Assembly: GCA_963555825.3 (NCBI GenBank)
Contig: CAUVXB020000002.1
Span: 1,440,001 to 1,504,000 of the forward strand
Source of the DNA: Alphaproteobacteria bacterium
GTDB taxonomy: Bacteria > Pseudomonadota > Alphaproteobacteria > JAAXGF01
Reading direction: 5' to 3'
Length of the DNA: 64,000 nucleotides
The translations under genes and the position numbers were made by a program. The notes beneath the pieces were generated by a model that made no database searches, was not told the DNA's origin, and saw nothing but the letters and a program-made list of their open reading frames with translations. Below are positions 11,461 to 22,647 of the stretch, one piece after another; the stretch's first letter is position 1, and every line of letters begins with the position of its first letter.

Positions 11461-11732
11461 TGGCGTTGCCGAAGGACATGCAGGCGCGTTTTCTGCGTAT
11501 CTCCGATCTTGTCGAAACTTTTGGCCCGCATCAAGTTGGAATGCCCCACGTCCGACCGCTGCGCGACAAGCTCTGGGAGATGAGGCTTACGGGCAAATCG
11601 GGCATCGGCCGCGCTATCTACGTCGCGGCGCCAGGGAGGCGGCTGGTCATCCTCCATGCCTTCGTGAAGAAGACCGAAAAGACACCGAAACGCGCGATCG
11701 ATACGGCACTCGCTCGCATGAGTACGATGTGA
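11461..11732 (+). pseudogene. RelE/ParE (Gp49-like) toxin, N-terminus replaced by the IS end
   Basis: MPHVRPLRDKLWEMR...RAIYV...ILHAFVKKTEKTP; begins abruptly at the IS end. Confidence 0.75.
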
Positions 11733-11817
11733 TCGTGAGGCGACGGGTCCCGTGTCAATTTATAGCGCGGGCCAGTTCCCAGCATTAGAATCGCAGAGGC
11801 AGAAGGAGGGCGACGCC

Positions 11818-12486
11818 ATGGGCGAGACGATCGAACTGACCGCGGTCGACGGGCATTCACTCGGCGCCTACCGGGCGACGCCGTCCGGCGCCACGGTTGG
11901 CCGGCTGGTCATCGCGCAGGAGATCTTCGGCGTCAACGGGCATATCAGGGCGGTGTGCGACGGTTTCGCCGCCGACGGCTATGCGGTCATCGCTCCCGCC
12001 CTGTTCGACCGAACCGAGCGCGGCGCCGAGCTCGGCTACGACGAGACGGGTTTCGCACGCGGCCGCGAGCTGAGCAGCCAGACCGGCAACGACAATGCCG
12101 TCTGCGACCTCGCCGCGACGCTCGACGCGGCGCGCGATGGCGCCACGATCGGCGTCGTCGGCTATTGCTGGGGCGGCGCGCTCGCCTGGCTCGTCGCCAC
12201 CCGGCTCGATGTCGATTGCGCGGTCGGCTACTACGGCGCGCGGATCATCGCCTACGTCCACGAACGGCCGCGCTGCCCGGTGATGCTGCACTACGGCGAA
12301 CGGGACGCCTCGACGCCGGCCGACGACGTGGCTCGCGTGCGCGCAGCGCATCCGGACGCGACGATCCATCTCTACCCGGCCGGCCACGGCTTCAACTGCG
12401 ACCAGCGCACCGGCGATTACCACGCCGAAAACGCCGCCATGGCCCGCGAACGCACGTTGACCTTCCTCGCCGAACACCTTGGGTGA
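11818..12486 (+). CDS. Dienelactone hydrolase family protein
   Basis: QEIFGVNGHIR, GYCWGG nucleophile, AGHGFNCD; RBS AAGGAGG. Confidence 0.9.
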   Translation: MGETIELTAVDGHSLGAYRATPSGATVGRLVIAQEIFGVNGHIRAVCDGFAADGYAVIAPALFDRTERGAELGYDETGFARGRELSSQTGNDNAVCDLAATLDAARDGATIGVVGYCWGGALAWLVATRLDVDCAVGYYGARIIAYVHERPRCPVMLHYGERDASTPADDVARVRAAHPDATIHLYPAGHGFNCDQRTGDYHAENAAMARERTLTFLAEHLG

Positions 12487-12505
12487 GGCGTGGAATAAGT
12501 TTCTG

Positions 12506-12610
12506 AACCATAGAGACACAGAGACACAAAGAAGAGGAATCGAGGGCCGAAAGCGGCTCTCAATTGAACGTCTCTGTGTTGAAACTCTGTGTCTCTGTGC
12601 CTCTGTGGTT
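12506..12610. repeat. Palindromic ACAGAG/CTCTGT miniature repeat between convergent genes
   Basis: AACCATAGAGACACAGAGACACA...TGTGTCTCTGTGCCTCTGTGGTT inverted arms. Confidence 0.75.
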
Positions 12611-12615
12611 CGAAT

Positions 12616-13467
12616 TTAACCGCTGGTGAACTCGACGATAACGCCGCAGGCCTCGTCCGGCGGCACGACGAGGGCGCTTCCGGGGTTGGCTGCGACAGCG
12701 ACGCCGTTTGCCCCGATGACGCGCGCGGCCTCGGCGACATCCGCGACCACCACGGTCATGCCGGCGATGTAAGGCGGCGCGGGCGCGTCGTCCAAATCCA
12801 ACTCGGGGTACAAGTCGGCGAGGTCGCCGGGGCGCACGAAGAGCAGTGCGGCGCGGCCGACGCGCACGGTCAGCATCTCGTCGGTCGGCGTGATCGCGCC
12901 GGCCCCGAGCAGGCCGGCGTAGGCCCGGGCCAAGGCCGGCGGGTCTTCGACCACGACGGTGATCGCGCGCAGGCCGGTGGCGCCGTTCGGGTGCGCCAGC
13001 CATGCCGGCCGGCGCACCATCTCGGGCGTCAGGTGCCGGCAGATGAAGGCTGTCAGCTGCGGCGTCGCATCGGGCGGCAGGTGGACCAGCTTGAAGCGCG
13101 GCTGCACGGTGCCCTCGGGCAGTTCCAGGTTGCGCGCCAAGTCCCTGGGCGGCGCGGCCGCGATGCCGGCGGCGTGAAGCGCGGCATAGCCGCCGTCGTC
13201 ATCGTCGCTCGCCAGGGCGATGCCCTTGAGGCCCTCGCGGCGCTCGAGAAAACTGTCGAGGCCGTTGGTTTCCTTGGTCCGATCGACAACGCCGATCAGC
13301 TCGACGTAGTCATCCGGAAACATGATGCAGTAGTTCGCCGTGCCCCAACCGATGTGGCTGCCGCGCGGCGTGCAGGTGAAGCCGAGCCGCCGGTACCCCT
13401 CGCGCGCGGCCTCGAGATCGCGCACGCCGACCAGAAGATGGTCGATACCGGTGATCGGCGGGCTCAT
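12616..13467 (-). CDS. VOC/glyoxalase-like protein
   Basis: GIDHLLVGVRDL, GTANYCIMF, YVELIG, HPNGATGL. Confidence 0.85.
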   Translation of the reverse strand: MSPPITGIDHLLVGVRDLEAAREGYRRLGFTCTPRGSHIGWGTANYCIMFPDDYVELIGVVDRTKETNGLDSFLERREGLKGIALASDDDDGGYAALHAAGIAAAPPRDLARNLELPEGTVQPRFKLVHLPPDATPQLTAFICRHLTPEMVRRPAWLAHPNGATGLRAITVVVEDPPALARAYAGLLGAGAITPTDEMLTVRVGRAALLFVRPGDLADLYPELDLDDAPAPPYIAGMTVVVADVAEAARVIGANGVAVAANPGSALVVPPDEACGVIVEFTSG

Positions 13468-14573
13468 CGGCCGGCCGCCTCGGCCGCGCGTTCGGGATAG
13501 AGGCCCAAGAGCCCCTCGCGCGAGGCGGCGCAGACGCCGCGCTCGGTGATCAGCCCGCTGACCAGCCGCGCCGGCGTCACGTCGAAGCCGACGTTGAACG
13601 CGGTGCTCGCCTCGGGCATGACGCTGACCGTGGCCAGCGCGCCGGTCGCCGTGCGCCCGGTGACTTGCGCGACCTCGGCCGGGTCGCGCTCCTCGATCGG
13701 GATGTCGGCGCCGTCGGCGATCGACCAGTCGATCGTCGTGTGCGGCAGCGCGACGTAGAACGGCACCCCGTTGTCGTGCGCCGCGAGCGCCTTCAGATAG
13801 GTGCCGATCTTGTTGCACACGTCGCCCGCAGCGGTCGTCCGGTCGGTGCCGGTAACGCACAGATCGACCCGGCCGCGCTGCATCAGATGGCCGCCGGCGC
13901 TATCGACGATGACGCTGTGCGGCACGCCGTGCTGGGCCAGCTCCCAGGCGGTCAGCCCGGCGCCCTGGTTGCGCGGCCGCGTCTCGTCGACCCAGACGTG
14001 GAGCGGCACGCCGCGTTCGTGCGCGACATAGACGCAGGCGAGCGCGGTGCCCCAGTCGATCGCGGCCAGCCAGCCGGCGTTGCAGTGGGTCAGCAAGTCG
14101 ACCGGGGCCGACCGGCCGCCGCGCTGCCAGATTTCGGCGATCAAGCCGGCGCCGTGCTCGCCGATGGCGCGGCTGGCGGCGACGTCCTCGTCGCAGATCG
14201 CCCGCGCCCGGGCATAGGCCGCGGCTGCGCGCTCTGTGGCTGGCAGGGGCCTCAGCCGCGCCGCCATGTCGTCGAGTGCCCAGCGCAGATTGACCGCCGT
14301 CGGCCGGGTCGCGAACAGCCGCGCGTAGGCGTCGTCGAGACGCGTGTCCGAGGCGTCGTCGGCCATCGCGAGCGCCATGCCATAGGCCGCCGTCGCGCCT
14401 ATCAGCGGCGCGCCGCGCACGCGCATCACACCGATCGCCTCGCAAGCGTCATCCAGGGTCTCGAGGCGGCGCGTCTCGAAGCGATGCGGTAGCAGGGTCT
14501 GGTCGATGATCTGGACGGCGCGGCCGTCTTCGGCGAGCCAGATGCTGCGGTAAGGGTGTCCGTCGACCAGCAT
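13464..14573 (-). CDS. mtnA: Methylthioribose-1-phosphate isomerase
   Basis: VRGAPLIG, RPTAVNL, LTHCNAGWLA, VDETRPRNQG, NKIGTY. Confidence 0.95.
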   Translation of the reverse strand: MLVDGHPYRSIWLAEDGRAVQIIDQTLLPHRFETRRLETLDDACEAIGVMRVRGAPLIGATAAYGMALAMADDASDTRLDDAYARLFATRPTAVNLRWALDDMAARLRPLPATERAAAAYARARAICDEDVAASRAIGEHGAGLIAEIWQRGGRSAPVDLLTHCNAGWLAAIDWGTALACVYVAHERGVPLHVWVDETRPRNQGAGLTAWELAQHGVPHSVIVDSAGGHLMQRGRVDLCVTGTDRTTAAGDVCNKIGTYLKALAAHDNGVPFYVALPHTTIDWSIADGADIPIEERDPAEVAQVTGRTATGALATVSVMPEASTAFNVGFDVTPARLVSGLITERGVCAASREGLLGLYPERAAEAAGR

Positions 14574-14595
14574 GATCCGCGTCGGCCCGACGCCG

Positions 14596-15123
14596 TCAGT
14601 CGCCTTCGAAGACGCAGAGCGCCGCGATCGAATGGCCGAGCGCCTTGAGCCGGCCGCGCCCGCCGAGGTCGGGCAGTTCGATGACGAAGCTGCAGCCGAC
14701 CACCACGCCGCCGGCGGCCTCGACCAGTCGGATCGCCGCCTCGGCGGTGCCGCCGGTGGCGATCAGGTCGTCGATGACCAGCACTTGATCGCCCCGGGCA
14801 ATCGCGTCGGTGTGGATCTCGAGCCGGTCGACGCCGTATTCAAGCGCGTAGTCCTGGCCGATTGTGGCCCAAGGCAGCTTGCCCTTCTTACGCATCGGCA
14901 CGAAGCCGGTCGAGAGCTGGTGGGCCACCGCGCCGCCCAGGATAAAACCGCGCGCCTCGATACCCGCCACCTTGTCGATGCGCCGCCCGGCGTAGGGTTG
15001 GACCAGCTCGTCGACCGCCTTGCGGAAGCCGGCCGGATCCATCAGCAGCGTCGTGATGTCGCGAAACATCACGCCCTTTTCGGGGTAATCGGGGATCGTG
15101 CGGACGAGCGACTTGTAGGGCAT
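14596..15123 (-). CDS. apt: Adenine phosphoribosyltransferase
   Basis: [26 protein letters not shown]. Confidence 0.95.
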   Translation of the reverse strand: MPYKSLVRTIPDYPEKGVMFRDITTLLMDPAGFRKAVDELVQPYAGRRIDKVAGIEARGFILGGAVAHQLSTGFVPMRKKGKLPWATIGQDYALEYGVDRLEIHTDAIARGDQVLVIDDLIATGGTAEAAIRLVEAAGGVVVGCSFVIELPDLGGRGRLKALGHSIAALCVFEGD

Positions 15124-15141
15124 GACCGGCGCGCCTCCCGT

Positions 15142-16029
15142 TCAGCGGCCGAGCACGCGGCCGGCGACCGCGTCGAGGCGGGCGAGCGCTTCCGGGTCGC
15201 GCGCGTCGGGCGCCGTGATGATGGCGTGATCGAGCGCCGTCTGGCAGCCGCCGGCGCAGGGTCCGGCGTGATCGGCGAGCCGCGGCGCGAGGTCGCCGAT
15301 CAGGCCGCGCGCGGCCTGGGCGTTGGCCTGGATGACAGCGATCACGGTCTCGACGGTGACTGCGTCGTGGTCCGGGTGCCAGCAGTCGTAATCGGTCACC
15401 ATGGCGATGGTGGCGTAGCACATCTCGGCCTCGCGGGCGAGCTTGGCCTCGGGCATGTTGGTCATACCGATGACGTCGCAGCCCCACGACCGGTAGAGCT
15501 CGGACTCGCCGAGCGTCGAGAACTGCGGCCCCTCCATCACCAGATAGGTGCCGCCGCGCGTTGCAGGGATGCCGCGCGCCTCGGCGGCGGCGGCGATGTG
15601 GTCGCCGAGCCGGGCGCAGACCGGATGCGCCATCGAGACATGGGCGGCGACGCCGACGCCGAAGAAGGTCTTGGCGCGCGCGAAGGTACGGTCGATGAAC
15701 TGGTCGACGATGACGAAGCTGCCCGGCGCCAGATCCTCGCGCAGCGAGCCGACCGCCGAGATCGAGATCACGTCGGTGACGCCGGCGCGTTTGAGCGCGT
15801 CGATATTGGCGCGGTAGTCGATCTCGCCCGGCAGCAGGCGGTGGCCGCGGCCGTGGCGCGGCAGGAAGACCAGCGGCTGGCCGTCGAGCGCGCCGAACAG
15901 CAGCGCATCGGACGGCGCGCCGAACGGCGAGCCGATCTCGACCCAGCGCTTCTCCACGAGCCCGTCGATGTCATAGATGCCGCTGCCGCCGATGACGCCG
16001 ACGAGCGGCTTGGTTCCGGCGCTGGCCAT
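15142..16029 (-). CDS. mtnP: 5'-methylthioadenosine phosphorylase
   Basis: GVIGGSG, LPRHGRGH, EGPQFST, IGMTNMPEAKLAREAE, VTDYDCWH. Confidence 0.95.
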   Translation of the reverse strand: MASAGTKPLVGVIGGSGIYDIDGLVEKRWVEIGSPFGAPSDALLFGALDGQPLVFLPRHGRGHRLLPGEIDYRANIDALKRAGVTDVISISAVGSLREDLAPGSFVIVDQFIDRTFARAKTFFGVGVAAHVSMAHPVCARLGDHIAAAAEARGIPATRGGTYLVMEGPQFSTLGESELYRSWGCDVIGMTNMPEAKLAREAEMCYATIAMVTDYDCWHPDHDAVTVETVIAVIQANAQAARGLIGDLAPRLADHAGPCAGGCQTALDHAIITAPDARDPEALARLDAVAGRVLGR

Positions 16030-16069
16030 GCCGATGGCGCCTCTCGTGGCGGTGGCGCTGCGTGGCGGC

Positions 16070-16843
16070 CTAGTGGGTGTCGGCCCAGACCTTGCGTTTG
16101 GAGGCGTAGAACAGGGCGGTCAACACGATCAGGAACAGGATCGACTTTATGCCGATGCGCTTGCTGGCGTCCTGGTGCGGCTCGGCGACCCAGGCGAGGA
16201 AGTGGGTGACGTCGGCTGCCATCTGCTCGACGCTCGCCTCCGTGCCGTCGACGTACTCGACCCCATCCTCGAACAAGGGCGGCGGCATGGCGATCTGATT
16301 GCCGGCGAAGTAATGGTTGTAGTTCATGCCGTCGGCCAGCTCGAAGCCCTCGGGCGCCTCCTCCTCGTAACCGGTCATCAGCGCGAACAGGTAATCAGGG
16401 CCGTGCATGCGCGCCTTGGTGATGAGCGAGAGATCGGGCGGCAGGGCGCCGTTGTTGCTGGCCCGCGCCGCGTTGTCGTTGGCGAAGGGCGACGGGAAAT
16501 AATCCGACAAAATTGCCGGCCGCGTGAACATCTCGCCATCCGCGTCGGGGCCGTCCTCGACCTCGACCTCGGCGGCCTTCGCCTTGGCCTGGTCCTCGGT
16601 GGACTCGGCGTCGAGGAGGTTGCGGAAGGCGAAATATTTGAGGCCGTGGCAGCTCGCGCAGACTTCGGTATAGACCTGGAAGCCGCGCTGAATGGATGCC
16701 ATGTCATAGCGCCCGAAGACACCGTCGAACGACCAGCTCTGCTGCGGCAGTGCGGCCCCCTCGGCCGCGGCGGCTGGCGCCCGCGGCGCGATCAGGCCGA
16801 GGCCCAGAATGGCGGCGCAGGCCGCGATGGCAATGCTACGCAT
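16070..16843 (-). CDS. petC: Cytochrome c1
   Basis: CASCH heme motif, PPDLSLI, IAMPPPL, C-terminal TM. Confidence 0.95.
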   Translation of the reverse strand: MRSIAIAACAAILGLGLIAPRAPAAAAEGAALPQQSWSFDGVFGRYDMASIQRGFQVYTEVCASCHGLKYFAFRNLLDAESTEDQAKAKAAEVEVEDGPDADGEMFTRPAILSDYFPSPFANDNAARASNNGALPPDLSLITKARMHGPDYLFALMTGYEEEAPEGFELADGMNYNHYFAGNQIAMPPPLFEDGVEYVDGTEASVEQMAADVTHFLAWVAEPHQDASKRIGIKSILFLIVLTALFYASKRKVWADTH

Positions 16844-18153
16844 CACGCCTTCTCCATCTTCTGTGCCGCCGCGCCGCCGGGCGCCGGGCCGCCGCCCTTC
16901 AATACCGAGCCCGCGATGCTGTCGGGCAGCGGCTTGGTCCGCTCCAGCTTGCCGATCAGCGGCATGACGACGATGAAGTGTGCGAAATAGTACAACGTCC
17001 CCACCTTGCCAACATGCAGGAAGGTGATGGCAAAATCCTCCCCGACCTGCCACACGATGCCGTCGGGCGCGTTGGCGCCGACCCAGCCGAGCACGATGGC
17101 GTCGATCACGAAGAGCCAGAAGACCTGCTTGTAAATCGGCCGGAATTTTGCCGAGCGCACGCGCGAGGTATCGAGCCACGGCACGACGAACAGGATCAGG
17201 ATCGAGCCGAACATCAGCCCGACGCCGATCAGCTTTGCCGGAATGAACCAGATGTCGAAGTCGGCCGCGCGCAGGATCGCGTAGTAGGGCAGGAAGTACC
17301 ACTCGGGCACGATATGCGGCGGCGTGACCAGCGAGTTCGCCGGGATGTAGTTGTCGGGGTGGCCCAGGTAGTTGGGCGCGAAGAACACGAAGCCGGCCAT
17401 CACGAGCAGGAAGATGCCGAGACCGAACATATCCTTGATCGTGTAGTAGGGATGGAAGGGCAGCGTGTCCTGCGGCCCCTTGATGTCGATGCCCAGCGGG
17501 TTGCTCGATTTGTGCACGTGCAGCGCCCAGAGGTGGACGACGACGACGCCGACGATCGCGAAGGGTAGCAGATAGTGGAAGCTGAAAAACCGATTGAGCG
17601 TCGGGTTGCCGACGACGAAGCCGCCCCACAACCACTGGGTTATATCCTCGCCGATCCAGGGGATCGCCGTGAACATGGTGGTGATCACGGTGGCCGCCCA
17701 ATAGCTCATCTGGCCCCACGGCAAGACGTAGCCCGTGAAGGCGGTCGCCATCATCAGAAGCAGGATGACGATGCCCATCCACCAGAGGATTTCACGCGGG
17801 CTCTTGTACGAGCCATAGTAGAGGCCGCGCAGAATGTGAATGTAGACGACCAGGAAGAACATCGAGGCGCCGTTGGCGTGGGCGTAACGCAGCAGCCAGC
17901 CGTAATTGACGTCGCGCATGATGTGTTCGACGCTGTCGAACGCCATATCGACATGCGGCGTGTAGTGCGTCGCCAGGACGATGCCGGTGACCAGTTGCAG
18001 CGTCAGCACGATGCCGGCGAGCGAGCCGAAGTTCCACCAGTAGTTCAGGTTGCGCGGCGTCGGATAGGTGCCGACGCTGTGGTCGATAAAACTGAAGATC
18101 GGTAGCCGGTATTCGACCCACTGGACGATCGGGTTCTGCATGAACTTGTTCAT
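16843..18153 (-). CDS. petB: Cytochrome b
   Basis: [21 protein letters not shown] motif. Confidence 0.97.
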   Translation of the reverse strand: MNKFMQNPIVQWVEYRLPIFSFIDHSVGTYPTPRNLNYWWNFGSLAGIVLTLQLVTGIVLATHYTPHVDMAFDSVEHIMRDVNYGWLLRYAHANGASMFFLVVYIHILRGLYYGSYKSPREILWWMGIVILLLMMATAFTGYVLPWGQMSYWAATVITTMFTAIPWIGEDITQWLWGGFVVGNPTLNRFFSFHYLLPFAIVGVVVVHLWALHVHKSSNPLGIDIKGPQDTLPFHPYYTIKDMFGLGIFLLVMAGFVFFAPNYLGHPDNYIPANSLVTPPHIVPEWYFLPYYAILRAADFDIWFIPAKLIGVGLMFGSILILFVVPWLDTSRVRSAKFRPIYKQVFWLFVIDAIVLGWVGANAPDGIVWQVGEDFAITFLHVGKVGTLYYFAHFIVVMPLIGKLERTKPLPDSIAGSVLKGGGPAPGGAAAQKMEKA

Positions 18154-18161
18154 GGTGCGCC

Positions 18162-18710
18162 TCAGCCGATCTTGATGGTGGTGTCGTCGAGGTAGACGTA
18201 GGGCGGCACCTGCAGGTTCTTCGGCGCCGGGCCGATCCGGATGCGCCCCGCGGTGTCGTAGTGCGAACCGTGGCAGGGGCAGAACCAGCCGCCAAAATTA
18301 CCCTTCGGCTCGCCTGAACGCTGGCCCAGCGGGATGCAACCGAGATGGGTGCAGACGCCGACCAGGACCAGCCATTCGGGCTTCTCGGCGCGCGCGGCGT
18401 CGTCTTCGGGATCGCGCAAGTCGTTGACATCGACGCCTTGCGCGGCCGCGATCTCGTCCGCGGTGCGGCGACGGATGAACACCGGCTTGCCCTGCCACAC
18501 CACGGTGATGCTCTGGCCGACCTCGATCGGCGAGAGATCGACCTCGGTTGATGACAGCGCTAGAACGTCGGCCGCCGGTCTCAGGTTATCAGCCAGCGGC
18601 CAGGCGACGGCCGCCGCGCCGGCAATGGTCATCGCGCCGGTAGCGAGGTACAGAAAGTCGCGCCGCGACTCGTCGTCGCCGTGGTCGGCGGCGGGCGTTG
18701 TTTCAGCCAT
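18162..18710 (-). CDS. petA: Rieske iron-sulfur subunit
   Basis: Tat SRRDFL; CTHLGC and CPCHGS. Confidence 0.97.
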   Translation of the reverse strand: MAETTPAADHGDDESRRDFLYLATGAMTIAGAAAVAWPLADNLRPAADVLALSSTEVDLSPIEVGQSITVVWQGKPVFIRRRTADEIAAAQGVDVNDLRDPEDDAARAEKPEWLVLVGVCTHLGCIPLGQRSGEPKGNFGGWFCPCHGSHYDTAGRIRIGPAPKNLQVPPYVYLDDTTIKIG

Positions 18711-18890
18711 GCTTCTGTCTCCCCCTCGTCGCGCGGAATGCGGCCATTGTTCCCATCAATGTATCGCCGTGTCTAGGCCTTCCCGCGCGCTGCGCTATGA
18801 TGGCGCGGCGCGGCGCCCGCCACGGCGGCTCCCGCCTACGGGTATAGCCCAAAAGTTCATGGTGACGAAAGGCCGGAAGCCGGAAAATCG

Positions 18891-19364
18891 ATGCGTCTCG
18901 CGCTTTATCAACCCGATATTCCACAAAACGCCGGCAATTTGCTGCGCACGGCGGCCTGCCTCGACGTCGCGGTCGATATCATCGAGCCCTGCGGCTTCGT
19001 GCTCGACGACCGCGCGTTTCGCCGCGCCGGGCTCGATTATCTCGCGGGAGTGGCGCTCACCCGGCACGTTTCGTGGGACGATTTCATGGCCCGGCGCCGG
19101 GCATCGGCGGCGCCCGGCCGTCTCATCCTGTTGACGACCAAGGCATCGACGCCCTATACGCGGTTCGCGTTCCGCGCCGACGATTGCCTGCTACTCGGGC
19201 GCGAGAGCGCCGGCGCGCCCGACGCGGTGCACGCCGCGGCCGACGCCCGCGTCGTCATCCCGATGGCGGCCGGGCGACGTTCGCTCAACGTCGCCGTCGC
19301 CGGCGCGGTCGTGCTGGCCGAGGCGCTGCGCCAGACCGATGGGCTACCAGGGGAGACGCCATGA
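18891..19364 (+). CDS. trmL: tRNA (cytidine34-2'-O)-methyltransferase
   Basis: [30 protein letters not shown] (SPOUT). Confidence 0.9.
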   Translation: MRLALYQPDIPQNAGNLLRTAACLDVAVDIIEPCGFVLDDRAFRRAGLDYLAGVALTRHVSWDDFMARRRASAAPGRLILLTTKASTPYTRFAFRADDCLLLGRESAGAPDAVHAAADARVVIPMAAGRRSLNVAVAGAVVLAEALRQTDGLPGETP

Positions 19365-20206
19365 CCGACGCGACAGAGGACCGCAAGGCCGCCGCCGAAG
19401 CCTGGTTCAAGGATTTGCGCGACCGCATCTGCGCCGCTTTCGAGGCGCTCGAGGATGCGCTTGAGGGCGACGAGCGGCCGGCCGGCCGTTTCGCGCGCAG
19501 CGAATGGCAACGCCCGGGCGGCGGCGGCGGGGTCATGTCGGTGATGCGCGGCCGCGTCTTCGAGAAGGTCGGCGTCAACGTCTCGACGGTTTCGGGCGAC
19601 TTCGACGAGAAGTTTCGCGGCCAGGTCCCGGGCACCGAGGCGAGCGCGGCGTTCTGGGCCGGTGGTATTTCGCTGGTCGCCCATCCGTGCTCGCCCAAGG
19701 TGCCCGCGGTGCACATGAACACGCGCCATATCGTCACCGGCAAGGCCTGGTTCGGCGGCGGCGCCGATCTCACGCCGATGGTGCCCGACGCGGCCGATAC
19801 CGCCGATTTCCACGCCGCGCTAAAGGCCGCCTGCGATGCCCACGACCCGGATTACCACCCGCGCTTCAAGGCCTGGGCCGACGAGTATTTCCACCTCAAG
19901 CACCGCGATGAGCCGCGCGGCGTTGGCGGCATCTTCTACGACTACGTCGACAGCGGCGACTGGGACGCCGACTTCGCCTTCACGCGCGACGTCGGCGAGG
20001 CCTTCTTACGGGTCTACCCACGGCTCGTCGCGCGCAACATGAACCAGAGCTGGACGGCCGAGGAGCGCGCCCACCAACTGGTGCGGCGCGGCCGCTACGT
20101 CGAGTTCAACCTGCTGTACGACCGCGGCACGCGCTTCGGCCTCGAGACCGGCGGCAACACGGAAGCGATCCTGATGTCCCTGCCGCCCGAGGTGACATGG
20201 CCATGA
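19361..20206 (+). CDS. hemF: Oxygen-dependent coproporphyrinogen oxidase
   Basis: [32 protein letters not shown]. Confidence 0.95.
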   Translation: MTDATEDRKAAAEAWFKDLRDRICAAFEALEDALEGDERPAGRFARSEWQRPGGGGGVMSVMRGRVFEKVGVNVSTVSGDFDEKFRGQVPGTEASAAFWAGGISLVAHPCSPKVPAVHMNTRHIVTGKAWFGGGADLTPMVPDAADTADFHAALKAACDAHDPDYHPRFKAWADEYFHLKHRDEPRGVGGIFYDYVDSGDWDADFAFTRDVGEAFLRVYPRLVARNMNQSWTAEERAHQLVRRGRYVEFNLLYDRGTRFGLETGGNTEAILMSLPPEVTWP

Positions 20207-20868
20207 CCGACGCAGACCTCGTCACCATCCCGGCGGGCCGCGGCGCGGCGGCGCGGCTGCGCGCCGGCCAGCACGTCCGCGTGATCAATACGCGCGGCAC
20301 GCAATGCGTCGATACCTGGGCCTTCGTCGCCGACGACGTTTCGGAGTTCCTCTCGATGGAGCACAGCCGCTCGAACCTCGAGAAGATCCATTTCGAGACC
20401 GGCGACGTGCTCGCGACCAACCGCTACGCGCCGCTCCTCGAGATCGTCGCCGACACCTCGCCGGGCGGCCACGACACGTTGATCGCCGCCTGCTCGGAGG
20501 AGATGTATACGCGCGCCGGCCGCCCCGCCGGCCACGCCAATTGCGCCGACAACCTGCGTGCCGCGTTCGCCGTGCTCGGCGTCGACGCCGGGCGGACGCC
20601 GGCGCCGTGGAATCTGTTCATGCTGGCGCCGGTCGAGGCCGGCGGCGCGATCCGCTTCACCCGGCCGACCAGCGCGCCGGGCGACTACGTCGAACTCGCC
20701 GCGCTGCGCGACGCGATCGTCGCATTCTCGGCCTGCCCCGACGACGTCTATCTCACCAACGGCGGCGACGGCACGCCGACCGACGCCCACTTCGCGGTGT
20801 TCGATCCAGCGCGGCCAAGTTACAGTGCGGGCACGGACCGACCCGACAGAGGAGTGACATCATGGTGA
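20203..20868 (+). CDS. DUF1989 / urea carboxylase-associated family protein
   Basis: [28 protein letters not shown]. Confidence 0.8.
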   Translation: MTDADLVTIPAGRGAAARLRAGQHVRVINTRGTQCVDTWAFVADDVSEFLSMEHSRSNLEKIHFETGDVLATNRYAPLLEIVADTSPGGHDTLIAACSEEMYTRAGRPAGHANCADNLRAAFAVLGVDAGRTPAPWNLFMLAPVEAGGAIRFTRPTSAPGDYVELAALRDAIVAFSACPDDVYLTNGGDGTPTDAHFAVFDPARPSYSAGTDRPDRGVTSW

Positions 20869-21407
20869 GGCGTTTCCTGGCAGGGATCCTGATGCTCGCC
20901 GCTTTCGAGATTTCCACCCCGGTGGCGCGGGCCGCCGATCTGTCGATCAACGCCTTCGCCGGGCGCTATGTCGGCAGCGGGCTGGCGCGCGACGACGTCA
21001 GCGAATACTTCGACCTCACCGTGCGCGACCTCGACGTCACGATCACGCCCCAGGGCGCCGGCTTCAACGTCGCCTGGACCACCGTGCTGAGCGAAGGCGG
21101 CGATCCCGACAACCCGAAGGTCAAGCGCAAATCGTCGTCGATCGGCTTCGTGCCGGCCGGCCGGCCGGGCCTCTTCCGCGGCGCCCCGTCGGTCGATCCC
21201 CTGAGCGGTTCGGCCTATGCCTGGGCATACATCAAGGGCCAGACCCTGACCGTGCATTCGCTGGTCATCGACGAGACCGGCTCCTACACCATGCACAGCT
21301 ACGACCGCACGCTGACCGGCCTCGGCATGGAGCTCGAGTTCACCCGCGTGCGCGACGGCGAACCGACCAAGACCGTCACCGGCAAACTGACCAAGGCGTC
21401 CCAGTAG
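20862..21407 (+). CDS. Exported hypothetical protein
   Basis: Signal peptide, beta-rich sequence, RBS GAGGAG. Confidence 0.7.
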   Translation: MVRRFLAGILMLAAFEISTPVARAADLSINAFAGRYVGSGLARDDVSEYFDLTVRDLDVTITPQGAGFNVAWTTVLSEGGDPDNPKVKRKSSSIGFVPAGRPGLFRGAPSVDPLSGSAYAWAYIKGQTLTVHSLVIDETGSYTMHSYDRTLTGLGMELEFTRVRDGEPTKTVTGKLTKASQ

Positions 21408-21416
21408 GCCGGCGGT

Positions 21417-22643
21417 CTAGCCAGCATCGACCAGGGCCTTCAACCTCTCGAGCGTTTCCGCGCGGTCGGCGCGGTAGTCGCCGTCCTGCCACCACGCCTC
21501 GACGGCGGTGAGCCGGCGGCCGACCTCGGGTCCGACGGGCACGCCGAGCGCCGCCACGTCGGCGCCCTTGACCGGCAGCGCGGGGTCCTCCCAGGCGGCG
21601 GCGGTCGCGAGCATGGCGCGGATCGCGCCTGCGTCACCCGGCGCAGCCGCCCAGGCCATGGTGACCAAGTCGACGAACAGTGCCCGGCCGACGCGGTAGA
21701 GCGCGCGGCGCTGGACGCGGACGCTGTCGTCGGCGGCGATCGCGACGGCCGGCGTGGCCAGCGCGGCGAGGCGCTTGGTGTCGACCTTCGACAGGCGTAG
21801 CCGTTCGGCGGTCCGTTCGGTGCCACCTTGGCCGTCGCGCAACAAGCACGCCAGGCGGCGTAGCGGGTCGGCGGCGTCGCCCTCGATGGCGCAGAGCCCG
21901 GCGAGCGCGCCGACACCGGCAACCTCGGGCAGCACATGGCCGAGCACGCCTTCCTCGATCATCAACGCGACGACCGGCGCGGGCGCGGGCGCGGCCAGCA
22001 GCTTGAGCGTCTCGTCACGCAGCCGCTCGCCCGAGAGATTGGCCAGCAGAGGCGCCAATTCGCGGCAGGCGGCGAGCGCCGTGGCGTCCGCCTCGCCGCG
22101 ACCGTAATGGGCGTGGAACCGGAAGAAGCGCAACAGCCGAAGCGCGTCTTCTTCGATACGCGCGCGCGCATCGCCGACGAAGCGCACGCGGCCCCGGCGT
22201 GCATCCTCGATGCCGCCGACCGGGTCGTAGAGCGTGCCGTCGGCATCGCAGTACAACGCGTTCAGCGTGAAGTCGCGACGCGCCGCGTCGGCCACCCAGT
22301 CGTCGGTGAAGACGACCGTGGCGTGACGTCCGTCGGTCTCGACGTCATGACGGAGCGTCGTGACCTCGAACGGCGTGCCGTCGGCGACCGCGGTGACCGT
22401 GCCGTGTGCGATACCGGTCGGCACGGCCTTGAGGCCGGCCGCCTCGAGCAGTCGGGTAACGGTCTCCGGCGGGTCGGCGGTGGCGATGTCGACGTCCTTG
22501 ACGTCGCGCCCCAGCACGGCGTCGCGCACGCAGCCGCCGACGAAGCGCACGGTCGCGCCTTCGGCGGACAATGCCTCGGTCACCGCGCGGGTCGCGGGGG
22601 CCGTCATCCACGGCCGTGGCGCGATGCGATCGGCCGGCTGCAC
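21417..22643 (-). CDS. cca: CCA tRNA nucleotidyltransferase
   Basis: VGGCVRD, DVDIAT, RRDFTLNA, EDALRLLRFFRF. Confidence 0.9.
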   Translation of the reverse strand: MQPADRIAPRPWMTAPATRAVTEALSAEGATVRFVGGCVRDAVLGRDVKDVDIATADPPETVTRLLEAAGLKAVPTGIAHGTVTAVADGTPFEVTTLRHDVETDGRHATVVFTDDWVADAARRDFTLNALYCDADGTLYDPVGGIEDARRGRVRFVGDARARIEEDALRLLRFFRFHAHYGRGEADATALAACRELAPLLANLSGERLRDETLKLLAAPAPAPVVALMIEEGVLGHVLPEVAGVGALAGLCAIEGDAADPLRRLACLLRDGQGGTERTAERLRLSKVDTKRLAALATPAVAIAADDSVRVQRRALYRVGRALFVDLVTMAWAAAPGDAGAIRAMLATAAAWEDPALPVKGADVAALGVPVGPEVGRRLTAVEAWWQDGDYRADRAETLERLKALVDAG

Positions 22644-22647
22644 GCGG

